Positions 63,851 to 64,000 of a DNA stretch of 64,000 nt are shown piece after piece; positions within the stretch are counted from its first letter, which is position 1, and the number at the start of each line of letters is the position of its first letter. Location: positions 64,001 through 128,000 of the IMG/VR virus record IMGVR_UViG_3300042923_001106. One strand, written 5' to 3'. A program made the translations under genes and the position numbers. The DNA comes from a virus. Below the pieces are notes generated by a model. That model did no database searches, was not told where the DNA came from, and saw nothing but the letters and a program-made list of their open reading frames with translations.

Positions 63851-64000
63851 ATAAAAAGTTACATCATAAGGCCGAACGGCCACCGAGTTGACCGAAATAC
63901 TCAGGCGTAGCCGGTGGCCGGATCAATCCATTTTGGAGGTAACCCAAGACGATTTGAATTGCGTGAGATTGTAAAGTGGCTGTTCATTGAACCATTCTTG

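Overview
This window is an internal 64 kb segment of a large, AT-rich, SPbeta-like temperate phage or prophage of a Bacillales host, probably Paenibacillaceae (inferred from RsfA, YolD, AgrD-type and IS content). Nearly all genes are on the + strand. It has no structural genes, lysis genes, att sites or host core genes. Layout: (i) a divergent rsfA-like gene and an orphan mazF behind a LexA box; (ii) about 26 kb of small accessory genes, one interrupted by an intact IS5-family element; (iii) a DGQHR/DndB-like gene and a degenerate tyrosine-recombinase-fold gene resembling SPbeta yopQ/yopR(mrpR), followed by an Agr-like peptide cassette (kinase-less membrane protein, agrB, agrD, LytTR-only protein); (iv) SSB-like, AAA ATPase, 3D-domain, tmk and methyltransferase genes mixed with more accessory genes, an IS1634 remnant and two HNH-type endonucleases; (v) a loader/helicase/primase block; (vi) a final accessory block that looks more GC-rich. 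The main unexplained structure is an 18-bp palindrome, ATRAAA-N6-TTTYAT, sitting at gene junctions. I counted by hand 34 exact copies and about 55 including near-matches. It often supplies the upstream stop codon and directly precedes the next RBS, so the accessory region looks like a gene-cassette array. After about 59.4 kb a different junction motif, GGGGAGGATACCCRATGA, takes over. All family assignments come from recognised motifs, not database searches. Two ORF-track entries have the wrong strand label: 12739..12930 is on -, and 15686..15910 is on +.
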